This document shows, piece after piece, positions 29,501 through 36,399 of a DNA stretch of 46,068 bases (position 1 is the stretch's first letter; each line of letters begins with the position of its first letter). A model generated the notes under the pieces. That model searched no databases. It had not been told where the DNA came from and saw only the letters and a list, made by a program, of their open reading frames with translations. The stretch covers positions 1 to 46,068 of the forward strand of contig JAPOKN010000004.1 of assembly GCA_029977605.1 (NCBI GenBank), given 5' to 3'. Both the position numbers and the translations under genes were made by a program. The stretch is from Methanobacteriota archaeon. Its GTDB lineage: Archaea; Thermoplasmatota; Poseidoniia; MGIII; CG-Epi1.

Positions 29501-30156
29501 TTGTCATTATCAGTAAAAGTTACATCAGTGTCTCCACTTTGGTAGTCAGTTCCACATACCCAAATAATCATTTGATACTCTGATAAAACATCTATTCCAG
29601 GAGCATCAGCACTACTATTGACTCTTACTATATCATATGCAATAGGATTAGTAAGGTTGTCAAGGGCATTGGCATAGTATGAGTCAGTTTCAGTCCTCGA
29701 ACCACCATTATTTCCGCTGTTATCATCGTCTAAAAGCAATATGGGCGGATATGAAACGGCAATATCTTCGGTTTCCTCATTATTATCCTCGTCAGATTCA
29801 GTAATTTGTTCTTCTTCATCAACAATTACTTTAATTTTGTGAGATCCTCCCACTGCAGTCCATTCAGTTTCAGCGTCTGCAGTATTTCCACCGGGAATAG
29901 TTATTGTTTCTTTAGCAATAAAGTTTCCATCATAGTAAAAGCTAACATTTGTAGTTACAGTAATTAGTCCACTAGTCCCCCCATCATTTGCGACCTCTGC
30001 GGTAATAGTTATCTCATCACCTCCTGTAGGTGAATCATCACTAAAACTTATCTCATTTATTGATAAGTCAGGATCATTTTCATCAGCTAATGTGTTCATA
30101 GCTGAAAGTGGTAGCATCAGCATGGCTAGCAAGAAAGCAGTTATTTTACGAGACAT
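23554..30156 (-). CDS. Giant acidic secreted surface protein (2200 aa): CARDB/Ig-like domains, two alpha/beta domains, Asp-box jelly-roll repeats, NEW3-like repeats, C-terminal sorting signal
   Basis: Signal peptide; CARDB pattern (PDL.I..I.FS...ESDEDNN); two copies of L..Y..[IV]IW..G...EYL..GG..W..G; repeated GGNVQITTD.GETW; N.G...DTF.L repeats; tail LLPGPSF-TM-RRKH. Confidence 0.85.
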   Translation of the reverse strand: MSRKITAFLLAMLMLPLSAMNTLADENDPDLSINEISFSDDSPTGGDEITITAEVANDGGTSGLITVTTNVSFYYDGNFIAKETITIPGGNTADAETEWTAVGGSHKIKVIVDEEEQITESDEDNNEETEDIAVSYPPILLLDDDNSGNNGGSRTETDSYYANALDNLTNPIAYDIVRVNSSADAPGIDVLSEYQMIIWVCGTDYQSGDTDVTFTDNDKSNVAEYLEDGGAMWVIGMDILYDFDTSDGDRSAGDFEHDYLGVSYADNDRATPAVVYGEDDDPISDGIEYDADAISSDFADDINPRSGFEKVLSSNGDYNISTIRTEDEFKLVFMTIDFSSITSSDDRDEFMENVVEYLVEQLENDVSLSRFNTPKDEETVEPNVENIVNVTVRNRGTEDQDSIQVSLEITCLNSSYTFTESETISLDSGTGAFVEFEWDTPDDEDYVYQIKSKATISNDEKEENNEKIIKVNTYVTYDLEVKDARVTPMIAEKDEEREMSVIVTNSGDVTMNSEISGKIYDGAGNVVENLGNKDVEDLAPGEDLTLTWEWETDDYGTFWFEAKVIDDDDEVPENDIIDSMMRSVDVEFSDDMESGVNGWTNYKSLSNPWHLIDTDEDSNREASSPTHAMWVGDESKGDGEYDNNWDFSVYTSEEISLGQTNPQMSVDIWYSTEFSWDGGNVQITTDDGETWEVINPDGGYPDDAVVGLDNEPGYTGTSGEGDTADWETASFSLANYTNQDVRFKFRFGTDASVEAYEGWYIDNIEVNSGTETHFEDDFEDGDGDWMADIVESEWNYYSNKSYSGDYSWYLGNPSTETYSASLNDSLESPTFDIGDGAEKYVSAMVWFAIDGPNDFVNLEINQSGEWELLETLPGDDGDYSSEYDGADENGWLYFESDVSEYEDDVSFRLRFESNTFTQLEGLYVDNFAVYSLPPIPNDVGTKELDSPSTAKPGRAVTFTSEIYNFGTNDQDDFDIRGTVTRDDGTEVYNETQTIDSLESKDNSTLEWTWEGGPEGTYTIRVETLLTGDERAGNNPKEENIDIAESGYNVALAVQEQAKDVLSGESVAFNFTATNTGENSGYYDISLDSEQEDDWEIISHVSSIYLSSGSSQNFTVVVIAPTLEPTGNEHSFTVTVTSRDDPETEDSSDISATPFYYSQEGGDKVLLVDANFGKNNGYNNYYDVDKIDNRLKFALQEYFTDGESRGYDVYTMPYDSELGSFGELGPYPTLDLMSNYDVVIWTQGDHNQRNTTNWQECISEYLDQGGSLWIMGQQFLTALNESDGPREAGDFEYDYFKIDYIRNNVGTPDPLIGVDGDEIFGDAEYNMGDTSIYFSDYADWIRPNDEAIGAFYTDRSNWWHIVDTVSDPNRKANSPTHSMWIGDESKGDGEYGNGWDYSVYTSDEFTLGNSPQLSFQHYYDTESESYAYDGGNVQITTDGGETWEVIQPNGGYPAQSVSGLDGEPGYYGQSGGWVQATFDLTNFSGEDVKLKWRFGADGVIDAYEGWYFDDVELTSNGGTTSHLSDDMEDGMENWDDAAQVFNMSLHYDGDYRLIVSPFTFGKVNTSNDREDMVGRALDWLRASAAADDVGVKVLKLESDAKENSTISFSSIIKNYGSDTQAAIDVKATILDSEENEVWTSNQQITGPLESGEEETLEWEWESNNPGEYIIIVETTKEDENHRNDDKEIDLDVEMVHLPEISTFNQDKEGEPGAKLEFNIVIKNGASGTDTFYLDMVGSAEDWGSMTNQMEMKSNESKDIELQITIPDDAEYDLYDLTIILTAGDVTETLDLTIDVTDNPTNYEVEIAVSPTNTESVAGQDVEFSVTIYNNGDETDTFDLEVLGDENEWVQFEENGITIGADGEATVNGIISIPDDQDDGNVYIEVEATSRGDETAKDDKTIRVSVEELETGVTLRREGSGLRTIAPGESDTIVFNILSDGNGKQAIEVVAESQAGSWVMLEPATFDLDVDEAKVVSATINVPLGTSDATYRLEILIFDDNGNELAKSISNIVVQTPIEEIQDVSLCFADLSNLCLDSANFEITIEASKIQTASTGFIIDNKGTVDVDVALELIMPDGTKDTDLYFDENSKEWRLAISPSDTKLYPLKVQAGETLDWGALAVIAREVLPGTYTYTLNILSASESSSGGYVFEILDQVTLTVTVEGDIISEETASEGEDSLLPGPSFLSVVGLLALIVYRRKH

Positions 30157-30184
30157 ATTTCTCCGTAGTTGCCTAGGCCCTATA

Positions 30185-30192
30185 GATATAAA
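30185..30192 (-). promoter_or_regulatory. Putative TATA box for the 2200-aa gene
   Basis: TTTATATC on the minus strand about 29 nt upstream of ATG 30156; GGAG SD. Confidence 0.45.
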
Positions 30193-30198
30193 GGTGTG

Positions 30199-30663
30199 TT
30201 ACACCCTTCGGGTGTAAATTCGATGAAATAATTTAGAACCACTTTCTAGAGGTTTTTTTTCGCTTCCTTTCCATTCATTTCCTATCTTTGGGAAGTAAAT
30301 ACAATTCTTTCCGGTTACGCTATCAGGTACAAGAGTCATATCTATACAATCAGCTAAATTCATAGCCTCTTTGTAAATTCCAGCACCTCCTATAAACCAA
30401 ATATCTCCTTCGCAAGTATCTATAGCCTCATCTATACTTCTGAAGCATTCTACTTCATCAAGTGAACTTCTTGTTATTACAATATTTCTTCTTTCTGGTA
30501 GGGGTTTTATTGGTAAAGATTCCCAAGTATTTCTGCCCATAATAACAGTTTTTCCAATAGTCAGTCTCCTAAATCTCTTTAAATCTTCAGAATAATACCA
30601 AGGAATTGTATTATCTTTTCCAATAACTCCCTCAGGTGACGTTGCTACTAGTATTCCTCTCAT
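30199..30663 (-). CDS. folA: Dihydrofolate reductase
   Basis: VIG....IPW...EDL..F, IMGRNTWES, PLPER.NIV, IGGAGIY. Confidence 0.95.
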   Translation of the reverse strand: MRGILVATSPEGVIGKDNTIPWYYSEDLKRFRRLTIGKTVIMGRNTWESLPIKPLPERRNIVITRSSLDEVECFRSIDEAIDTCEGDIWFIGGAGIYKEAMNLADCIDMTLVPDSVTGKNCIYFPKIGNEWKGSEKKPLESGSKLFHRIYTRRV

Positions 30664-31532
30664 ACGGCAACTTTGAAAGGTATAAACGGTTCAGGGTTGT
30701 AATTTTTCAATTCAAATTTTGACATTATAGTTTCAGTGTCTTTGTCTAACAAATCCATTACATCATCTAATGTTTTTATATTAGAATCAATTTTAAGTTC
30801 AGGTAAAGGTTTAATCTTTCGCTTTGTTTGTTCCATCAAGCCAGGTATGTGGTCGTATTCTTCCATGCTTCCGTCGGCCTTCTTTGTGTATATGTGCGCA
30901 TCAACTAAAGTATGTCCAAAAGTTCCAACTTTCATGCCAGATAAATGGGCAAAAAGATGTAATAAGAATGAATATCCTGCAATATTATAAGGAACACCTA
31001 GGGCGACATCACAACTTCTTTGAGTCAAGTGTACGCATAATCTAGGTTCTCCATTTTTATCATACTGAACATTAAAAATGAATAGTAAATGACATGGAGG
31101 TAAACCACTAGTTTGAGCATTTCCTGGAGCCCAAGCAGTTATTACCATTCTTCTGCTATTTGGATTTTTTTTTAAGGTTTCTAAAACATACTTAACTTGA
31201 TCATTATACTCATCTTTTCCGTGAACTGGAAATTTTCTCCAAAAATTACCGTAAGCGCTAGGCACAAACCCATCTTCATCTGCCCAGTGATCCCAAAACT
31301 TACAACCGTGCTTTTTTAATAGTCCAATATGCAAATCTCCGGACAAAAACCATAGATTTTCGATAACAATATTTTTCCAGGAAATTTCTTTTGTTGTCAG
31401 CAATGGAAATCCTTCATTTAGGTTGATTGAATAGTTAATATTAAATGCTGAAATTGTATCGACACCAGTTCGATTTTCCTTTCTAGTTCCACGTTTTAAG
31501 ACTTCGTTAACTAAGTCAAGGTATTGTTTCAC
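30660..31532 (-). CDS. thyA: Thymidylate synthase ThyA
   Basis: NRTGV, FPLLTTK, SRR, LPPCH, QRSCDVALGVPYN, HIY; GTG start; ATGA overlap with folA. Confidence 0.97.
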   Translation of the reverse strand: MKQYLDLVNEVLKRGTRKENRTGVDTISAFNINYSINLNEGFPLLTTKEISWKNIVIENLWFLSGDLHIGLLKKHGCKFWDHWADEDGFVPSAYGNFWRKFPVHGKDEYNDQVKYVLETLKKNPNSRRMVITAWAPGNAQTSGLPPCHLLFIFNVQYDKNGEPRLCVHLTQRSCDVALGVPYNIAGYSFLLHLFAHLSGMKVGTFGHTLVDAHIYTKKADGSMEEYDHIPGLMEQTKRKIKPLPELKIDSNIKTLDDVMDLLDKDTETIMSKFELKNYNPEPFIPFKVAV

Positions 31533-31609
31533 ATTATCCCATTAAAGTGGCCCAATAAAGGCTTATTTCTTTTAGAAAATTATATATAATTTAGTGTAGT
31601 GTGTATTGA

Positions 31610-31738
31610 ATGCCATTTCGAATTATAGACCATGAGTCAAATGAAATTTTGCTAGAATCTCCACACGTCTCAGATTTAATTGAATATATTGATAAACATT
31701 CGGATGAGTATCTTGTAAAAGAATTAACAATATCCTAA
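31610..31738 (+). CDS. Small acidic hypothetical protein, 42 aa (MPFRIIDHESNEILLESPHVSDLIEYIDKHSDEYLVKELTIS)
   Basis: Hand-translated and absent from the ORF track. GAAAA-TTATATAT promoter-like element at 31575-31587; T7 tract right after the stop. Confidence 0.55.
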   Translation: MPFRIIDHESNEILLESPHVSDLIEYIDKHSDEYLVKELTIS

Positions 31739-31745
31739 TTTTTTT
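31739..31745 (+). terminator. Oligo-T archaeal terminator candidate
   Basis: Seven T residues immediately after the TAA ending at 31738. Confidence 0.4.
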
Positions 31746-31759
31746 AACAAGAAATAACA

Positions 31760-32053
31760 CTAACTAACTAATATTTCTACGCTTTCAATAAGTCCTATAT
31801 CGTTTTCTGTGACTCCACCTTCATCAGAAGTAGTTGCAGTGATTCTGACTGCACCTTTTTTGTAAATTAAAATTTCTGGATAATGTCCAACTTCGCTAGC
31901 TAACTTAGCGACATGTTGAACGAATGTTGCGGCAGATTCAAAACTATCGAAAGCAAATTCTTTGCGCAGGCACCTGTAGACATCATCATATTCCCATCCA
32001 TCCATACCTTTTATGGCGCTAGCAACATCATTGTCTTTCAATACTGCACTCAT
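31760..32053 (-). CDS. Pterin-4a-carbinolamine dehydratase family protein
   Basis: GW....L.KEF.F.SF..A..FV..VA.LA...GHYPEI...GGVTENDI. Confidence 0.85.
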   Translation of the reverse strand: MSAVLKDNDVASAIKGMDGWEYDDVYRCLRKEFAFDSFESAATFVQHVAKLASEVGHYPEILIYKKGAVRITATTSDEGGVTENDIGLIESVEILVS

Positions 32054-32127
32054 TTAATATCTAATAATACGATGCTATATACGGTTTCACCTAATTGATT
32101 TATAAACATATTTTTAAGTGTATATTT

Positions 32128-33885
32128 GTGAGTACTACTTCACCAAAGGCATTTGGACTTCGTCAAGACTTTCCATTTGTTAGAATGTTTGGATTCTTTT
32201 TGTCGATATTTACAATGACAGTAATGCGAACTACAATCGATAAAATAGTTCCAAGTCCTTACTATTCTATAACAAATAGAAATACAGGAGAAGACTATAT
32301 CATCTTCACAGATGATGCAATTTGGATGTTAATTTTAATGTCATTTGTTATTTTTCTTACACTCACATTCATTATTCCCATAGTACTTTATTTTCGTGGT
32401 TTAAGTAAATGGGAATGGGATCCCACAACAGTAGTATTCTGGTTAATAATTACGTGGAGTTTATCATTTTTCTTCACGGAAATAGCCGCAACAAACTCTA
32501 CGATTGAGCCTTTGTTTTTAGTTTTAACAAAGATATCAGATGGTTCTTTTGTAGTATTTATGACTGTCTTTGTTTTACGAGCTTACAGCAATTACCTAGT
32601 TCCATTGATTTCAGATTGGATAAATGTAGGTAAATCAGATACGCAATACGGACCATTGTTAGATATTCTTGGTTCAATTATGATAATAGTTTTTGGCATT
32701 ACAAATTTCCTATCAACATTCAATGTTGAATTTGGAGTTTTAGTTGCAGGAGTGGGTGTTGTTGGTTTAGTTATTGCGTTAGCTGCTCAAGATACCCTTA
32801 GTAATTTCTTCTCAGGAATTCTTCTTTTACTTGATCAAGGTTTCAAGACAGGAGATATGATTTATTTCAATGATACCTATTGTCTAATTAGGGAAATAGG
32901 CCTTCGTTCGACAAAAATTTATGACATTGTAAACCACGTAATAATTATAATTCCAAATAATGCTCTAGCAAATCAGAACATATTAAATCTTACAAAGCCA
33001 GACAGATATTACAGACTGAGAATTGAAGTTGGAGTCTCTTATGATTCTAATCCAGATGAAGTAGAAGCTGCATTGTTAGAAGTTGCTAAAGAAAATTCAA
33101 GCATTGAGCATGATGATCCTACTAGAAAGCCTTTAGTTAGGTTCCAAAATTTTGGCGATTCAACATTGAACTTTGCATTAGTCGCATGGATTAAAAATGT
33201 TATTAAAATGAGGCAAATAAATTCGGACCTCCATCACCAAGTATTCGCAAAGCTTAGGGCTAAAAATATAGTAATTGCCTTCCCACAGAGAGATGTTCAT
33301 TTATTTCATGAAGGAGATTCCCAGTCTAATTCTCAAGAAAAAAAAATAAATACAACTATTGAAGAGCGTCAGGAAGTGATTGCTGACGATTCAACACCAG
33401 ATGAGCCTAATGAAGTGTCTGAATTAGTTGAAGATTTACCCGATATTTTAGATGAAAATGTTGATCTAGATACAGATAAGGATGAAGAAAATGTGGCTAT
33501 GATTGCACTTATGGACGAGCTTAATATTCTTAGACAGGAAATGAAAACAATAAATAATCAAAATCTGGAATCAGAGAATAAAGAAATTAAGTCTCTTAAA
33601 AGTCAATTATCGCTAATGGAAAAGAATTTTAAAGATAGTGAGAACGAAGAAATTAAGTCTCTCAAAAGTCAATTATCGCAAATGGAAAAGAATTTTAAAG
33701 ATAGTGATAACGAGGAGATAAATTTACTAAGGGATGAAATCAATACCCTAAAAGCAGACCTAAAGGATAGTGAAGATACCAAGCCAGATGAAAAGGTCAT
33801 AAATATTAAGTCGAAAAAAGATGAAGAAGACTTGGCTGAAGCACAAAGATTAATTGAAGAAATTGAGTCTCGTAAATTAGATTAG
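32128..33885 (+). CDS. mscS: MscS small-conductance mechanosensitive channel with long acidic and coiled-coil C-terminal extension
   Basis: GLVIALAAQDTLSNFFSG, GD.I, IGLRST, IPN, VGVSYDS, IAFPQRDVH. Start uncertain (GTG 32128 after TTTATAAA; ORF track gives 32095). Confidence 0.9.
   Translation: MSTTSPKAFGLRQDFPFVRMFGFFLSIFTMTVMRTTIDKIVPSPYYSITNRNTGEDYIIFTDDAIWMLILMSFVIFLTLTFIIPIVLYFRGLSKWEWDPTTVVFWLIITWSLSFFFTEIAATNSTIEPLFLVLTKISDGSFVVFMTVFVLRAYSNYLVPLISDWINVGKSDTQYGPLLDILGSIMIIVFGITNFLSTFNVEFGVLVAGVGVVGLVIALAAQDTLSNFFSGILLLLDQGFKTGDMIYFNDTYCLIREIGLRSTKIYDIVNHVIIIIPNNALANQNILNLTKPDRYYRLRIEVGVSYDSNPDEVEAALLEVAKENSSIEHDDPTRKPLVRFQNFGDSTLNFALVAWIKNVIKMRQINSDLHHQVFAKLRAKNIVIAFPQRDVHLFHEGDSQSNSQEKKINTTIEERQEVIADDSTPDEPNEVSELVEDLPDILDENVDLDTDKDEENVAMIALMDELNILRQEMKTINNQNLESENKEIKSLKSQLSLMEKNFKDSENEEIKSLKSQLSQMEKNFKDSDNEEINLLRDEINTLKADLKDSEDTKPDEKVINIKSKKDEEDLAEAQRLIEEIESRKLD
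33574..33720 (+). repeat. 66-bp in-frame tandem repeat (two near-identical copies plus a partial third)
   Basis: Units start at 33574, 33640 and 33706: ENKEIKSLKSQLSLMEKNFKDS / ENEEIKSLKSQLSQMEKNFKDS / DNEEI. Confidence 0.9.
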
Positions 33886-33886
33886 T

Positions 33887-35665
33887 TCATTCATTATTTT
33901 CATACCAGATAGGAGGCGTAAACAAATCATCTGCCCCTCTATCAATTATAGGTAAAGATAAAACACTATTTTGATTAGTTCCTATAGTAACATAGCCACT
34001 ACTTACAGGCGAGGGAATGTAGTCATCATTTGTTTGTGTAATGACTAGTTCTAGCGCGTTTCCAGCAGGAACTACTACATCTAATGCAAACATTTGCATT
34101 TTAGCATTTACAGTTCCAGTAACCGTACAAGGCTGTCCACATTCTCTTCCACCTTCATGATATCTTAGATCCATTACTCCGTGTCCCAAATGGATTCCTC
34201 CGGCAATTGCTAATTCAATGTATAAATGTCCTGAAGTTTGTCCAGGAGGTATTGTTACATCTACATGGAAAGTGGGCATTCCAGAAATCCGAGTTTCATT
34301 TTCAAAAATTTCAGTTTCAAGTGTTAAAGTGTTTGTAGGTCCAACTAATCCGCTTCCCGAAACTACATTCAATCCTTCACCTATAGGTAATTGTAGGAAT
34401 TCTCTGTCATTTGCTGGCCATGTTTGTTCAACTCTCCACCCGCCCAAGTTATCTTGCATTTCTACATGAAGTGCAGGTTTCATGCTGCCTTCATACAAAT
34501 AATAATTGAACCACTCTAACAAGTCTTGAGCCCAGTCATATCTCACAGACATAGGATATGCTTCAGCTCCCCTGCCGGCTGACATTCCATTATGATCTCC
34601 AGGTCTATCGGGGTAGTGATGCCCCCATTGACCAAAAAGCCCTTTAATTTCAAACCCAGCTTGTTGTAATTGCTTATAGGCTGGGAATGCCATATGTGGA
34701 TCCACATTCCAATCTTGCATTCCATGAATAAAATAAATTGAACCGTTGTAATTTTGAATTGTTCGTTCTAGAAAGTGTCTATCTGTCCAGTAAGTATTGC
34801 CTGCGTAGTTTACCTCATCGCCAGCTAAGTATGCAGCAGGACCATTTGCGTAGCCTTCTGCATATCCTCTGCATACAGTTTGCCAATCCTCACTGTCTCC
34901 ATCCCACCCAAATGAGCCATACACTCCATTGTGCATGGCCAGACCTCTGGCTTCCATGGATCCATTTCTCCACATTAAATCGTGAACTCCAATTAATCCA
35001 GATATAGGGATTATAGTTTTTAGATGCGGATTGCCAAACATGGCAGCTTGCCAAGGCGTTGTTCCATCGTATGATTTTCCAACAATTCCTACATTACCAT
35101 TGCTCCATTCTTGTGTCCCTAGCCAAGTTACGGCAGCATCAATCCCCATCTGTTCGCTTAGCCCCATAAAGTCCATACAATGGTTTGACATTCCAGTTCC
35201 AAAAACTGAAACTTGGGCAACAGCATATCCATGAGGAACCATATTTTCAATTAAAAATTTGCCAAGACGGTTTGCAGGTGTTAACGCATCTACATCTCCA
35301 TCATCATAGTAAGGACCGACGTCAGCAATTACAGGAATCTTAGTTCCGTTGGGGACCTCTGGTAGCCAAAGCCCAAGATGAACTTGACAGTCATCAGTTA
35401 TTGTACACCCTAATTCACTACTTGGTAAATCAACATCAATGAATACACTTTCAGGCCCTAATGTACTATATTGACCAGACTCTAATGTGTAGCTATAGGA
35501 TCCAGTTGTATTGAAATTTTGATTTACTCTTTCCCAAACGGGAACAAGTCCATTATCATATATTGATGAATCTTGTTCTAGGGTTTCATTACTGTTCATG
35601 TATAATAAAATTGGCGATATGATCAAAATTGCCACAGTAATTATTGTAAAACTTCGTTCATCCAT
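33887..35665 (-). CDS. Membrane-anchored CocE/NonD (X-Pro dipeptidyl-peptidase-like, S15) hydrolase
   Basis: N-terminal TM, nucleophile elbow GKSYDG, HGMQDWNV, QWGH, C-terminal beta-sandwich. Confidence 0.88.
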   Translation of the reverse strand: MDERSFTIITVAILIISPILLYMNSNETLEQDSSIYDNGLVPVWERVNQNFNTTGSYSYTLESGQYSTLGPESVFIDVDLPSSELGCTITDDCQVHLGLWLPEVPNGTKIPVIADVGPYYDDGDVDALTPANRLGKFLIENMVPHGYAVAQVSVFGTGMSNHCMDFMGLSEQMGIDAAVTWLGTQEWSNGNVGIVGKSYDGTTPWQAAMFGNPHLKTIIPISGLIGVHDLMWRNGSMEARGLAMHNGVYGSFGWDGDSEDWQTVCRGYAEGYANGPAAYLAGDEVNYAGNTYWTDRHFLERTIQNYNGSIYFIHGMQDWNVDPHMAFPAYKQLQQAGFEIKGLFGQWGHHYPDRPGDHNGMSAGRGAEAYPMSVRYDWAQDLLEWFNYYLYEGSMKPALHVEMQDNLGGWRVEQTWPANDREFLQLPIGEGLNVVSGSGLVGPTNTLTLETEIFENETRISGMPTFHVDVTIPPGQTSGHLYIELAIAGGIHLGHGVMDLRYHEGGRECGQPCTVTGTVNAKMQMFALDVVVPAGNALELVITQTNDDYIPSPVSSGYVTIGTNQNSVLSLPIIDRGADDLFTPPIWYENNE

Positions 35666-35683
35666 TGATTACACAAAATAAAC

Positions 35684-36397
35684 CTAGGTTTTTACCGATT
35701 TCTTTTTTGTTTGAGCCATGGGAGGCAGTCTCAATTTAGCTTGATGGAAAACGGCAAAAGAAACAACTAAGAATCCCAAAAGTGAAATGAGTGGAACAAT
35801 TATTGTTTCATATATATCATAATGTATTTCTTCTAGGGCAAGAGTATTTAAGAAGGACAAAATCAGGTATAGAATAGCGAATCTACTTGCAATTCTAGCA
35901 CCTTGTCTTTTCTTTATTCCGTATGAAATCCACATTGCAGCGCCTCCAAGAAATAGAACAGTTGAGAATCCAAACGATGCAAGAATGAAGAAATCAAATA
36001 CAGACAAATCATGTACTTCTTCAGTTACTAGTAATTTCCAAAATTCAATAGCCCCTCCATAAAAAAGTCCAAATCCTGCAGAATAGTATGGAGCTCCTCT
36101 CTCATCTTTGAAAGTTTTTCTATTAACTCCGATAAATAGGAAAATTAGAATAATAATGGGAGATACTAATACTTTTGATGCATATCCAATGTCTTCATTG
36201 TAAGTATTAATTCCTCCAAGAATCATGATAATGTCAGCTCCTGTGCCGAGAACGACACCTAATCCACAAGCAATGTATAATTTTCTCTCTACTAAATTTT
36301 CTTCAACTTCCTTAATAACCCAAGAAAAAAAAAGCATGGCAGGTACTATGTATGCCAGCATTCCGATTACATTTCCTTGAAATATTATTGAATCCAT
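35684..36397 (-). CDS. Hypothetical multi-pass membrane protein
   Basis: About 7 hydrophobic segments; packed in frame-adjacent order with the cyclophilin gene. Confidence 0.75.
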   Translation of the reverse strand: MDSIIFQGNVIGMLAYIVPAMLFFSWVIKEVEENLVERKLYIACGLGVVLGTGADIIMILGGINTYNEDIGYASKVLVSPIIILIFLFIGVNRKTFKDERGAPYYSAGFGLFYGGAIEFWKLLVTEEVHDLSVFDFFILASFGFSTVLFLGGAAMWISYGIKKRQGARIASRFAILYLILSFLNTLALEEIHYDIYETIIVPLISLLGFLVVSFAVFHQAKLRLPPMAQTKKKSVKT

Positions 36398-36399
36398 AA

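Noticed and set aside
33574-33720. Possible CRISPR-like repeat
   Set aside because: The units are contiguous, in frame and lack spacers; no cas genes.
35684-36397. PrsW-like intramembrane protease
   Set aside because: Only a vague G.GL..G..E resemblance; the EExxK and His motifs are missing.
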